Shown one piece after another: positions 34,357 through 47,500 of a stretch of 64,000 bases of DNA. Position 1 is the stretch's first letter. Every line of letters starts with the position of its first letter. A program made the translations under genes and the position numbers. A model generated the notes under the pieces. It saw only the letters and a list, made by a program, of their open reading frames with translations, did no database searches and was not told the DNA's origin. Source of the stretch: Rhizaria sp. SCN 62-66 (Eukaryota); assembly GCA_001724265.1 (NCBI GenBank), contig MEDY01000292.1, positions 1-64,000 on the forward strand, written 5' to 3'.

Positions 34357-36110
34357 CTAGCGACAGCGAGACTCTGCATGACGACACCACCGGCTGCAAC
34401 AGCGACAGCGACAGCGCCACGGCGACGCGTCAGCTCAAGTCCCTCGCGAACCCCCCGGTCACCCCGCGCAGCAGCCACAGCAACACTGCGCAGCCCGCCG
34501 CGGCGACTACCGGTGGCGGCTTGCCTTCCGCGCCGGGCGGCCTAACTTCGAGCGCGAGCGGCGGCCCGCGGCCCGTGATCGGCCCCCGCGGGTGGCTCTC
34601 CGACTCTGACTGGGAGGCGCTGCTCACGGTCATGTTCGAGAGCGGCGCGCCCGCGCCCAACGCGGCCCACGGCAAGCGGCTCACGGTCACAACTGTGAGC
34701 GAGGGCCGCATCTACTGCGTGACGCACGTGGTGCTCGTTCTCAGCGAGTTCGGCACGCGGCCCATCTTGGACTGCTGCGTGTCGGCGGCCGACTGCCCGC
34801 GCGCGCGCAGGGCCGAGGCGGACCGGTTCCTGGAGCGGCTGGCACAGCTGCTGGCGCAATGGCTACTGTTCATTGCCCGGGGCTACCCAGAGACGCACTC
34901 GCACAACCGCGAGGCCGTGGTCGAGATCAGCGCGTGTCTGATGATCCTCAAGCAGAACGGCGTTAAGCTCGGCCGCCGCGTGCTCGAGGCCGTGCGCCGC
35001 ACCGTGGACCTGTTGCTGGTCGATGCGGAGACCAGGGGCAAGAGCCAGAAGCTGCGGACGGCAGGCGTGACGGAGAAGGAGAACGTGTACGTGCCGATCA
35101 TCTGCCACAACCAGAGCAAGACGGGCAAGGGCGCCATGTTCGCCACCTACCACACGCACTACTTGGTCGGCATGCTGTACCAGCTCGTCGTCGCCGACTG
35201 CTTCGGTGGGCTGGGCCGCGTCAATTACCCCAACACCGACGGGACGGAGCCCCTGGAGCCCGCCGTGGCCGCGGCCGTCGCGCAGGCCGCCGCGGGCGAC
35301 GTCACCGTCTCTCTGCTCGACAACAACGTGAACGGTAACGCCAACACAAGCGCTGCGACTGGCAAGGGCAATGGCAAGCGAGGGGGCAAGAGGGACGCTT
35401 TTGCCAGCCCCGGACCTGTCCCTACGCTGAACGACGGCAACGACAACAACGAAGACGGAGATATTGAAGGTTCGTCTTTATTCGGCGGCTTAACCTTGGC
35501 GGCCGCGCACCTCGTCGACGGCTCCGCGCTCGAGTCCGCGCTGGTGCTGCCCACGCCGCGGCCGCTGGGCCTGCCGCGCGGCCACGTGGCCGCCGAGGGC
35601 CGCTACCAACCTCAGCCCCAGGACGTGTACGCCCGGCTCTACCACTGGGGCGATATCGCCCCGCCAGGCTACTGCCCCTCGGAGCCCTACCGCGCCTACC
35701 AGCAGCTTAGTACTACTACCACAGCGACGGCGAAAAGCGGTGCTGTGGGAACACCGACGCGGAGTGCAACGCCGACTCGGGGCCGGAGCTCTGCTGCGTC
35801 CAATGGAACTGGTAGCGCAAGTGGGACGCCGATGCAGCAGACGAAGCTGCAGTTCAAGACAGCGGCCGACGCGGCGGGGGAGAACCTGGAGCTCGTTGAC
35901 GTCTGGAAGGACTTTTACGAGCTCGAGTTCAGCGGCGCTGGAGCTGCGTCTGCGGTTGTCGCTTTGACCCAGGGTACAAGTAAGGCGGCCGCCAAGAAGG
36001 CCGAGCAGGCCGCCAAGGCCGCCGCCACGAAGACGGCCGCCGCTGCCAAGACGACGCTCAAGCGCGCTCAGTCTGACGCCACGGGGCCCATGAGCCGTTA
36101 TGTCAAGTAA
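32363..36110 (+). CDS. Hypothetical protein (~1248 aa if one extra base at ~33578 is removed), with a weakly DUF3541-like C-terminal helical domain
   Basis: ORFs 32336..33754 and 33465..36110 switch frame at the end of an (AAC)29 run. Motifs IYCVTHVVLVLSEFG, NREAVVEISACLMIL and YHTHYLVGML resemble the Y..TH / E / H pattern of DUF3541-like proteins (recalled, not searched). Ends TAA. Confidence 0.6.
33491..33577 (+). repeat. Perfect (AAC)29 microsatellite (poly-Asn), followed by a (GGC)n run
   Basis: Directly visible. Confidence 0.95.
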
Positions 36111-36508
36111 TTTGTAATTTAATCACTATCTATCTTTTTAATCAATGATTATTTTTTCTTTTTGCGCCTCTTACTAGGCGCCGCTTTCTTTTTCAACATG
36201 CACGAGTCGGGACCGTGTGCGGCCATCGAGATGCGTCGTCTGTCAACTTGAAAAACAATTGGACACAACACCCCCCGTGATCAGCCGCTCTCGTGTCGAC
36301 AAAAATCAAAAATACACGCACTAACAATGTTTATTTCGTCAATCTGCACGCCTATTGAAGATTATTTCGTCTTGAAAATTGGATGTCTAATTGCGAGACC
36401 TCATTCTAGCGACTGTGACTACGATTTTTCATGTCTTGATTGCAACTTGATCTGCAGCCACTGTTCACCCGCCGTCTCCCCCGCTTCTTTGCCTTTTCAG
36501 ACACCGGA

Positions 36509-39500
36509 ATGAAACGCCGTGTTTTCGTTCCTGTTCTCCCCCAAGGTACGCCATCTTTCTCGCGACCCCGTCTTTTCACCTCCTGTCACGCCATTTGGAT
36601 CTTGCCTCACTTAGCTCCCGTTTTGTTTTTCGCCCCCCTTGACAGCCGGCGGCGCCGACCGCCCTTCGCTGCTGGCGCGCCCCGCCGCCGCGCCCGCGCT
36701 GCTTGCCAAGCCGGCCTCGACCCTCCTGCAAGTACGTCCCGCGCTCTATCTGCCTCTTGAGGCCCTCGCCCTGACCTGCACTTCAAGTACTTGATCTCGC
36801 ATTCGCTTTGTAACATTTCCGTTTCTGACTGATTCACTCATCTCTCTTTCTTGTGATAATTGAACTGTTTTCAGCAGCAGAAGCCTCGCCTGCCCGGTGT
36901 CGCCGGTCTTGCCGCCTCCGCGAGCACGACCGCGTCCGGCGACGTCCTGGCCGCCCGCTCCGCACTGGCGCTCAGCCAGACCGGCGCGCTACTCTCACAG
37001 TCGCTGTCCCAGGCCCGCAGTCTCCGCGACGACAGCGACGGCGACGGCGAGGACCGCGACCGCGACCGTGGGCAGCTGAGTGACCGTGAGCTGCAGAGCG
37101 ACGACGACGACAACGAGGGGAACCAGCGTGAGAATGTCATGTTTTCGCAGTCCAACTCACTTCTCTCGCAACAGGTACGCATACAGCAAACAAAAGCACA
37201 ATATTTTTCCACTTTTACTCCTTTCTTATATCTATCAAACTTTGATTTTTTCTTAGAGTTTATAGCTCACCGATTTTTCATGTTACAAACACTGTTACAA
37301 ACATTTTCACTTCTGTCGCTCCGCCGCCACGTCCTAACTTTAACTTATTTGACCTCGCTCTGCAAACCCGTAACCTCGACCGTGTGACCGCATGACCGTG
37401 ATCGCAGGCCCCGCCGGCCCGCCGCAAGCTCCTGGCCACCGGCGGCGGCCTCACGCCCGCGCCCGGCGGCTTCTCTTTCTCGCAATCGCTGTCGCAGTCG
37501 CTCTCGCACTCGCAGTCACAGAGCTCTCGTGCGCTGCCTTCGAGTCAGTTCACGCGCCCTCTCCACAGCGGCAGCAACGCCAACACTGGCGTTAGCGCTG
37601 GCGCCAGCGCGAGCACCGCGTCCAGCCGTAGTGCCAGCGCCAGCAGTGCGACCGCGACCGAGACTGCGACCGTGGCCGTGAGCAAGACTGCGGCTGCGGC
37701 GGCCCCCGGCGGCCCCGCCTTCCCCCCGCTGTCACAGGCGCAGTCACTTGTCCAGCTCTCGCAGACGTTGTCTCAGTCGTTGTCTCAGTCGCTGTCGCAA
37801 AACATGCACGACGATGGCGACAATAACAATAACAACAACAACAGCAATAGCAATAACGACGACGACGATGACACCAACCCCACCAACACGAATGCTGCTG
37901 ACGCTGAAGCTGATGCTGACACGAGCGCTGAGACCGCTGAGACCAGGACTGCCGCCGCGGCTGACGCGGAGGCTGAGACTAAGTCTGAGTCGGTCTCTGA
38001 GGGACGCGGCTTACTTTACGACTCGCTTCCCGGCTCTCAAACTCAAGCCGCCCTCGAGCCCGCCCTCTCACAGTCCTCTTCTGACAGCGCCAGCGCCAGC
38101 GCCAGTGCCAGCGCCGGTCCGAGTGTCGCGAGTGATAAGACTGAGTCCAAGGCCAAGAAGCCTGCTCTGTCTCTTGCCAAGTCAAGTAGCAAGACTGACG
38201 ACGCTCACACCGACTCGAGTAACGCCGACTCTAGCCCCAGCAGCTCTGTGACTGCAAAGAAGCCGAAGACGGTCACCACTGCCGCTGCCGCTGCCGCCGC
38301 CGCAGCTCTTGCTGCTGCCAACAACAACGACGACGATGACAATGCAGGCTCTAGCTCTAACGTCGCTGCCGCTGCCTCCAAGACCGAGCCCGTCACCTAC
38401 ACCCCCCTGGGCCTGGCCCTCGGCGCCGGCTCCAGCGAGAGCGGCCGCAGCAGCAAGGCCGACGCCAGCGCCGCCAAGGCGACTGCTGCGACTCCAACTG
38501 TGGCCAAGGCCGCTGCCCCCAAGCCTAAGGTAACCAAGCCCTCTAAGTCCGCTGACAACAACGACGACGATGGCGATAACGATGATGACCAGAATGACAA
38601 TGACAAGACGGGGTCCCAGTCCACGCCGGCCCCCAAGCCCCGTGGCAAGGTCGTCCCGAACCCCGCCAGCACGGCCACCGTCCCCAAGGCCAAGCCCGCC
38701 GCCAAGGCCGCTCTTAGCGCCCCGGCCGCCGCGTCTAAGGGGAGCGCCGCCGCATTTAAGGGAGGCGCGGGCTCTAAGCGCAAGTCGACTTACCGGCCAC
38801 CGCGCGGGGTGTACGACGACGCGACGCTGGTTTGGCTGCGCAACTACGTCGAGGAGGCCGCGCTGGGTGACGGAGACCTCAGCTACGAGGCGCTCTCCGA
38901 CACCGACGACGAGCACGGCAGCGGCGGTGCCGGTGAATGGTACTGGGAGGACGAAGTCGGCCTCAACGGCGACGACGACGACGATGTGGCAGCCTGGGAG
39001 GAGTTCTACGCTTCACGGTCCATCTACTACGACGGGCTGGGCGCCCCGGGCCGCCGCGCCGGGGTCAGCCAGTCGAGCGCGCCCGGGCGGTTCGTCGGCG
39101 ATGGCGGCCGTCGCGGGTCCCGCCGGCCGAGCCGCGAGGAGCGCCGCCGCGGGCTGGCCTGGAGCACCGCCGCCGAGAGCGGTTCTAGTTCAAGCAGCCG
39201 CAGTGGCGGCGGCGGCAGGGCGCAGGGCAAGCGCAAGGCTGACGCTGAGGCTGAGGCTGACAGCTCTCGTGCGAGTGCGAGCGCAAGCGCGAGCGGTAAG
39301 AAGGCTCGCGTTGCTGCTGCGACGAAGGGCAAGGGGAAGGGGAAGGGGAAGGCCAAGCGCAGTGACAACGATGGCAGCGCCAGCGACAACGACAAAGACG
39401 AGAGTGGCAATGACAATGAGGTGCAGCTGAAGCCTGTCTCTGCCGCCGCCGCCGCTGCCGCTGCCGCTGCCGCTGCTGGTGGTGGTGGCTCTGGCTCCAG

Positions 39501-40385
39501 TGCAGGTGCTGATGGTGCGAAAGCCAAGCGCGAGTCTCTGATTGTCCCTGTTGCCAATGTCAAGAAGGAGCCCGCAGCCACCACTGCTGCTGCTCAGGCT
39601 AAGGCTAAAGCTGGCACTGCAGCTGCTGCACCTGCGCTGGCGCTGGCCACTGGCGGCAAGAAGGGCAGCGCGGGGCTGCTGCTCACCAAGCCCACCAACG
39701 GCAACGCTCACAGCGCTGGCGCTGACAGCGGCAAGAAGACCAAGAACAGCGCTGCTGCTGCTGACGCCGACGAGAACGAGGGGGAGGCGGCTGGCGACAG
39801 CGAATCAAGCTCCAGCTCTAGCTCTACGAGTGCAAGCGCGAGTGCGAGTAGCAAGAAGAGCGTGGCCAAGCCTGCTGCTGGTGTTGCGAAGCCTACACTT
39901 GCTCTTGCCTCGTCTAAGGACTCTGAGCCCAAGAGCACTGCAGCGTCTAAGGGTGCTGCTACGACTGTCAAGACTGAGCCCAAGACCATTGTCACTCCCG
40001 CTAACAACAACACCGCTAACACCAATAACAACACCGACGCTCACACCGACACCAACACTGCTTGCGCCAGTGCCAGTGCCAGCGCCAGTGACGCGGTCAA
40101 GAAGATGACTGACAACGACAACGACAGCGCTGAAGTCAAGCCGCCTGGTGCCGAAGTCAAGCCGCCCCATTCCATGTCCGACACTGAGAGTAACGCCTCT
40201 CTCGCGAGCACAGCGGCTGCTGCTGACAGCACCGAGACCGTCGACAGCAGTGTCACAGCGGCGGCCAGTGACGACGACCGCGTTGGCAGCAGCAGCGGAC
40301 TGAGCCCCCACTCCATCCCTGCCGCCGCTGCCTCCTCAGCCGCCGCAGCCGCGGCCGCCGCTGCTGCGGACACTGAGGCTGAGTC

Positions 40386-40416
<31 letters not shown>

Positions 40417-40785
40417 GCCGACGGTAACGCTGATGCTGCTGCGCCTGCGGCGGTGGAGCTGCGCGTGTCGCCAGGCCTGGTCAAGGGCGTCGAGGAGGCG
40501 CTGGCGGAGATCGAGACTATTCTCTCTCAGTCGCACCCGCAGCTCTCGCGGTCGCAGTCAGAGTCTGCGGCTGCGAGAGCCCAGGAGGCTGAGGAGGCCG
40601 AGGAGACCGTGGAGACCGAGGAGACCCAGGAGGCCGAGGAGGCAGAGGAAGAGGAAGAGGAAGAGCAGGAGGTGGAGGTGGACGAGGAAACGCTTGCGCG
40701 GTGCTTCGACCTGGGCGACGACGGTGAGTACACCCTTAAGCCGGGGTACAAGTACGGCGACGACGGCGCCATCCTTCCCGTGTGA
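36509..40785 (+). CDS. SQ-rich, largely disordered hypothetical protein (~1266 aa); exons 36509-36545, 36646-36731, 36875-37174, 37408-40785
   Basis: Three introns with GTACG donors and CAG acceptors keep a single frame from ATG 36509 into ORF 37672..40785. Ends TGA. Repeated SLSQ motifs. Confidence 0.7.
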
Positions 40786-41282
40786 GCGCGCGACAGTGCG
40801 AGTGCGGCAAATCAGTGCGGCGTAAGTGCAACGCAGTGCAGTATCAGCGGCGCAAACAGCACATCAGCGGCGCAGACCTTACACACGCATCACAGTTTGA
40901 CTGCAAATGTGGCCGGCGATGTGGCCGGCGACTGTTATGTTAAATGAGTAAGTAAGTGAAGTGGCCAGGGATTGAACATTGAAGTAGTAGCGGTGCAGCT
41001 ACTTGAAATACTGACCAACAGCAGTGAAACAGGACCTTAACATTAGAATGTGATATTAACAATTGTACAACTGTGATGAACTCAAAAGTAACGCGAAAGA
41101 TGAATACGCAAGCAGACTAAGAAAATACACAAACCAATCCAGTAATACGTACGTACTCATATCGCAATGAAAGCTGTTCAAACATTCTGCAAAATATAGA
41201 TAGCGTCCGTCATACGTGTTGACTTTTTGCGATGTCATATGAGGAAAAATCAAACTGTATTGCGCGTTCATCATGGTTATGG

Positions 41283-42236
41283 TTACGCGTATATCCCCGC
41301 GCCGGCCGGTTGGTGCCAGACGACGCTCTCGCCGACACTGCGCGCGGGGTTCCGGTCCAGATGCAGGCCGCCGCCGCCCGTGACGGTGCCGCTGCCCGCG
41401 CCGCCGCGGTCGCCGCCGCGGCTGCGGTCCGCCGAGACCGCCGCCCCGCCCAGCGGCGCCGCGCCGAGGCTGCTCGCGGTCAACACGCCGAGGCCGCCCG
41501 GGGTCGGCGTCGCGGTGGCGGCGCCGTTGAACAGACTGGGTGCGCCAGCAACGCCGCCCGGGCTGCTGGACGGTGCGCCGCTGCCGCTGCCGCCGCCACC
41601 GCTGCTGCTGGTGCCGAGCCCGCTACTAGGGGCTGCGGTACCGATGCCGCCGGTGACGACTCGGTGGTTCATGAAAGAACCCGTGTTGGCCCCCGAGGGC
41701 GTGGCCAGCGCCGCGTTGGCGGCGGCCGTCGCGGCGGCGGCCGCAGCGGCCACAGCGGCGCGGCCGTCGGCGCCGGCGCCCGTGAAAGAAGTGCCCGTAA
41801 AGGCGGCGCCGGTGATGTGGGGCACGGCGAGCTCGGCGGGCGCGGGGACGGCGGCGGCGACGGACCTTGCCGAGGGGCCGTTGAGGCTGCCGCTGGGCAC
41901 GACCGCAGGCGCTGTTGTTGTCGCAGTCACCACAGCAACGGCAGGCGTGACCGAAAGAGCGGGCGTGATAGCGGGGGCAGGGGCGGCGGCGCGCGCGGGG
42001 ACGGGGACGTGGCTGGCTGGGGTCGGCGCAGGGGTGGGGGTCGGGGAAGCGGGGGCGGGAACGGCGTTCACGACGATGCCTAAGCTTGCTGCAAGGGTTG
42101 ACACGGCCACCGGAATAGCTGTGGTGCTACCATCAGGGGCGGTTGTGGCTGTGTGCGGCAGAGTGCGGACCGCAAGGCACAACGACATGAAAGATAGGAG
42201 GAGGAGAAAGAAGGCAGAGCGGGACAGCGACGGCAT
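41283..42236 (-). CDS. Secreted Ala/Thr/Pro/Gly-rich (mucin-like) protein, 317 aa
   Basis: Signal-peptide-like N-terminus MPSLSRSAFFLLLLSFMSLCLA, then a low-complexity A/T/P/G body. Ends TAA. AT-rich flanks. Confidence 0.7.
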   Translation of the reverse strand: MPSLSRSAFFLLLLSFMSLCLAVRTLPHTATTAPDGSTTAIPVAVSTLAASLGIVVNAVPAPASPTPTPAPTPASHVPVPARAAAPAPAITPALSVTPAVAVVTATTTAPAVVPSGSLNGPSARSVAAAVPAPAELAVPHITGAAFTGTSFTGAGADGRAAVAAAAAAATAAANAALATPSGANTGSFMNHRVVTGGIGTAAPSSGLGTSSSGGGGSGSGAPSSSPGGVAGAPSLFNGAATATPTPGGLGVLTASSLGAAPLGGAAVSADRSRGGDRGGAGSGTVTGGGGLHLDRNPARSVGESVVWHQPAGAGIYA

Positions 42237-42608
42237 TCTCTTCCCAGAAGCCTACGCTATGGACATGCAAAGTTGGACAATAATACAAATTGAATTTAGT
42301 TTGATGCAATGCTTTCTACTATAAAATTAAGCTTTACTTTGGTATGACGACTCTTCAAGTGAAAATCGACACCAGAAGTTTGTGCTCATATTTTCTTCTG
42401 GAAGCCGTTGTCCCCGCTACATCATGGTCATGATCAAGCTGACTCTCCTAAGTTCAACCATTGCTCAAAAATCAAACGAATTTCGAGTTGGCACATAAAA
42501 TATATAAGATTGCAGAAAACGTTCAAAAGATTGTTATTTATTGCTAGATGCTCACATAACGGCTGTTTACACCGCAGCCATCACTTTTCAAGTTGCAGTC
42601 ACCGCGTT

Positions 42609-44079
42609 TCAAGTCGCACTGCTCTCATGCTCCAGCTCCTGCTCCTGCTCCAGCTGCGGCTGCACATACTGCTTCTCCTGCCGCTCCTTCTCCCTGGCGG
42701 CCTTGACGGCGTTGAGCTCGCCCACGGTCACGCACGCCTTGCAGACCGGCATGCTCGACACGTAGCCACAGCGCCCGCACACGCCGCGCACGGGCGCGCC
42801 GCGCTTCGCCGTCGTGGACACGGAGAAGGACTCGGCCGACAGCAGCGTCTGCAGCAACGCCTGCGGGGCCACGCGCTCAAGATCCTTGACCAGCTCGCGG
42901 GAGAAGTTCCTGGTAAACGAGAACAGAAAATAACAACCAAAAAAATAGCATGAGATGCTGTCAAATTCCGTTTGAAGCAACACTAGTCTCGAAACATAAA
43001 AACGCTCGACATCACTCTTAATGTGTTAATAATATCATAAACAACGTACCTGTAAGCAAAAGGCGCGTACGTGCACTCGGTGGAGAAATAATCGAGGTTC
43101 TTGTAGTACGCGTACATCACGATCTCCTTCTGGTAGGTGAACTTGAACGGCTTGGCGCGCGGCATCGGCGAGTTCTTGCCCGCCACAATCTCCACACTGC
43201 GACCCAGGCGCGAGATGTCGCCGCGCAGCAGGTTCAGTAGCACCGTCTCAGCAATGTCGTCGCAGTTATGCCCCGTCAGCAGCAGGTCCGCCTTGAGCAA
43301 CGCCGCTCCGCGGCCCAACGCCTGGCGGCGGAAGACGCCGCAGTAGGTACAGTTGCTTTTGTGGCCCATCTGCCGCACGATGTCGTCCATCGTCCACCCG
43401 TAGAGGTCCTTGTAGCTCAGCACCGTGAGCGGCACGCCGTACTGCACCTCGTTGCGCTTCACAGTTTCAAGACTGTCGTCGCGATACCCCGTGATGCCCT
43501 CGTCGATGCTCAGCAGCAAGATGTGGATGCCGTAGCCGTACCGCGCGTTGAGCGTGCAGAGAACGTCGGCAAGCACGGTGCTGTCCTTGCCGCCTGAAGC
43601 GCCGACGGCGACGCGCATGCCGGGGCGGAAGAGCGCGTTGGCCGTGATGGTGTGGTGAACTTCGTCCTCGAAGCGCCGCAGGAAGCACTGCTTGCACACG
43701 CGGCAGCCTGTGTTTGGGGAATAAAAACACATTATATATATGTATGAAAAAATAAAACACCTATTATGTAAGTTTTGTAAAGCTCTGACGAGATTGCGTT
43801 TGTCTAGTGTGAGTAAATCAAGAAGAAGCTGTAAGCGAAGAGTCAAGACGTACCAGTCTTGGGGCGAATGAGCTGAGGCTTGGCGACACGGCAGTAGTTA
43901 CACACGGCAGATGTACGCGCCGGGGCAGGTGCTGGGTTTGCCTCCAATGACGATACAGTCTCGGTCGCAGCATGGCGCGCGGGGGCGTTGACGGGGGGAA
44001 CGGGCACGGTGGGGACGACGACAGGGAGAGTGTCCGCGAAGGACATGAAGTCGTCGAGATAACACGCGTCCTCATTCAT
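42609..44079 (-). CDS. CTU1: Cytoplasmic tRNA 2-thiolation protein 1 (CTU1/NCS6), ~394 aa; exons 44079-43854, 43707-43050, 42909-42609
   Basis: CNYC...[15 protein letters not shown]-loop [59 protein letters not shown]-terminal [14 protein letters not shown]. Two GTACGT...CAG introns keep the frame. Ends TGA. Confidence 0.95.
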
Positions 44080-44582
44080 TTTGACGCGATTATAATGGTA
44101 AACGTTAGAGTAGCTATGCTTCTTGTTATATACGTCTGTTTATTCCAAATTGACGGATGTTTAAAAGCTGTGGACAGAGTCTCGCAAACACGACCTCCGG
44201 ACCTGGTCGTGTTGACTCCGCCTGCTGCCGCGCAACCTGGTGGTTCGTGGTGAGATTGACTTTAGCATAGATTTAAGCTGGTAGATGGAGATCTTGTAGA
44301 AAATCAAACTTGTATATAAAAACCAAACTTCTTTTAAATCCAGAAAAATACATCAATTTGTCATATGAAACTATCTATACTTGATTACCCCCGCGTCAAC
44401 AAAAAGGAAAGCACAAAGAGAGTCACTCATAATCACACTCGTCACGGAACATTCATCTTTCCCTTTTCCAACGCGCTTCACTTATAAAGCAACGCCGTAT
44501 ACTAGTATTACTATAATTCTTCAATCGCACATGTCATACATGTCCTCTTGCAGCAACAAAGCCAATCCGTGCAGATCATCTC

Positions 44583-47500
44583 TTACCGGCGACTCTTGTT
44601 GTTGCCGTTGTTATTACCCTTGCCCTTGCTCTTACCAGCACCAGCACTAGCACCAGCGCCAGTGCCAGCGCCAGCGCCAGCAGCAGCAGCAACAGCCGCA
44701 CCACTGCTAGCAGTCGCGTTCGCGGTGTTTGTGCTAGTGTGGCTGTTGTGCGCGTTGACATGATTACTGTTGTTATTCGAGCTGACGTAAGCGAACTTGT
44801 CCTGCTTCTGGTACTTCTGGTCCGCGGCGGAGTGGTACGCCGCCTGCGTCTTGGCCTCCAGCACCAGCATCAGCGCGCGCGCCGCCAAGAAGGCCTCGCG
44901 GCGGCCCACAGTCACCTGCATGACATTGTCACTCCCGCCATCTCCGTTGGCGGCGGTCGCGTGCTGATAACCACCCATGTTCATGCGGCTGCTATGGCTG
45001 CCGATACTCGCAATCCCGCTGCCCGCGCTAACGTCGCTGCTTGGTGCGACAGGGACGAGGCCCGTGATGAGAGCGCGGTCAAACAGCCCGAAGCTGCTGC
45101 CTTTGGCGCTAAACAGCGAGTAGCCATAGGCCGACGGCACTGGCGTCGCCGTGGCCGCGGCCGCGGTGCTGCTGTAGTTACGGTAGGTCGTCACGGTCAC
45201 GCCGTAGAGCTCGGACTCGGGGCTGTGGCCATCCGCACCAACGAAATGACCATGGGCAGCAGCGGAGTGACCGTGGGCAGCGGAGAAGGAGCCCGGGGTG
45301 GGGGTCACAAGGAACTGGGCGTACTGTCGGCTGATGCCGCTGTCTGACGCGTGCAACGCACCGGCGCCACCGCCGTTGTTGCTGCTGTTGCTGTTGTTGA
45401 TCATGGAGAGCAGGTGCTTGTTGGGCAGCTCACGGTCGTACTTGCACAAAGACGACTCGGCGATGTTGCGGAAGCGGCGCTCGCGGGCAATGCCGGCGCT
45501 CACTCCAGAGACCACCACGCCATCGTCGTCGTCGTCCTCATCGTCCTCGTCGTCATTGTCGTCGTCATACTCGCTCGTGTGCTCACCATCAAGCTGCTGC
45601 TGACGCTGCTGATCCAAGTTGCTGTTGCTGTTGTTATGGTAAGTGCTGTTGTTGTACGTGTCATCGTCGACGGAGAAGTACTTACTCATCCCGCGGCCCT
45701 TACCCTTACCCTTGCCCTTGCCCTTAGACGCCGGCAGCCCGTGGGTGCCACGCAGCATCGCAGCCGCAGACTTGGGCATCGTGTAGGCGCCGCCGGCGAT
45801 GTACTGCGCCTCCCAGGGCTTGGCGCAGACGCCGTATCCGCCCGCGTGGCCGTAGACGGCGTTGGCCAGCGCAGGCGGGACCACAGTCACCAGGTTGCGC
45901 TCGCTCACGCCGAGCCCAGCGCTGCCACTGCCGTGCCCGCTGTTGAGGTTGTTGTTATCGGACGTGAGCGCGAAGGCAGAGAGCGGCAGCGCCGGGAGCA
46001 GTGAGTCGCTCCCGGCGGCGCTCGCGGCGGCCACGGCGGCGGCGGCGGCGGCGGCAGCGGCGGGCGCGGTCGCGGGCGCGAGCGGGTACCCCAGCAGCCG
46101 CATCGAGGCGGCGACCGCGGGCGTCGCTGACGGCACCGCGGTCACGGCCTCGGAGAGCGGGCGCGCGCGGCCCACGTCGGTGAGCGTGTTCTGCAGCACG
46201 CCGTGGCCGGTGCCGGCGGTGGCGACCGCGGCGGCGGAGAGCGGGGCGGCGGCGCCGTCGGCAGCAGCAGCGGAGACGGCAGCGGAGCCGGCGCCGGCGC
46301 GCAGGACAGCGGCCGCGGAGGAGGAAATGTAGGGGTCGACGAGCGTGGGTGTAAGTACCAGGTGCTCGGAGTCGTCTGGGTAGAAGCCGGCGGGCAGGTT
46401 GACCGCGGTCATCACGCGGGCGCCCACGGCGCTGTCGTCGCGCGGCAGGGCCGTCATCGCGGTGTCGTTGTCGCCCGCGAAAGCGTTCGCATTGCCGGTA
46501 TGCGCTCTGTCACTGCTGCTCACAGCGTTCTTGTTGTTGTTGTTGAGGTCGTCGAAGCGGCCGTAGTGCGTGGTGCTAGCAGAGCGCGCGAGCGGCGAGC
46601 GCAGCGTGGGCACGCCAGAGGCCTGTGACGAACTCACACCGCCGGCGCCGCCGGTGCTGGCTAAAGCACCGCTGAGAGTGTAACTACTGCCGCTGATGTT
46701 GCGAGACGTTGTGAGGGACTTGAGGAACGTGATGAGGCGGTCGCGCGGGGACGTGTAGGTGCCCGCGCGCACGCGCATGCGCTCCTTCAGCACTTGAAGA
46801 AGGTTCCCGGAGCCGGACATGGTGAAGTAGTACTGGATCGCGAGCTCTAGCAGGATGGGAATCATGAGAGCAAGCAGGAACCAAAGCCAGGTCTGGGGGT
46901 TGCGGAGGATCATCATGAAGTGGCCGTAGATGTCGGGGTTGAGGCGCGGGAGCGCGGCGAGCGCGGCGCAAACGAAGAAAAAGCAGATGATAGAGCCGAT
47001 GATGCAGAAGGCGTGGGTCCAGGGCACCGACTCCATCATGAAAACCTAAAACAGGAGAAACAGACACAGTGAAGAAACATTTTGGAGATAAATATAAGCT
47101 CATGTAGAAGAAAAAACACGTTTGAATTTGAGTAATTAAATTAATGCGTAAATAAAATAATCTCATTTCATTTGAGCCCACTTCAGATTGTGAAATTTAA
47201 GTTAATTGTTGACGTACGATAAAGACGGAGGGCAGCGTGGAAAGCACCATCATCTGCACGGTGGACACATACCAGTGGCTGAAGCCCTTGCCGCGGATCT
47301 CCATGCCGCCGCCCAGCACGTCGTTGCCGTCGAGCAGCAGCGGGATCATGGGCACGTAGTAGATGATCGTGGCGTGCACGAGCGACCGTAGCATCCACGT
47401 CGCGAACATCATGCCCGAGAAGTAGCGGCCCTTGCCTTCGCGGTACACAGACGGGGAGTCGTCGAGCACCACGGCGGGCAGCGGCTGGTCGAGCGTGCCC

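Noticed and set aside
42983-42985. TAG ending ORF 42983..43846 as a real stop or a recoded codon
   Set aside because: It lies inside the second CTU1 intron (42910-43049), so it is uninformative.
42609-44079. Functional link between CTU1 (U34 thiolation of tRNA-Gln/Lys/Glu) and the TAG reassignment
   Set aside because: CTU1 is a universal housekeeping gene and looks ordinary here. Proximity in a eukaryotic genome implies nothing.
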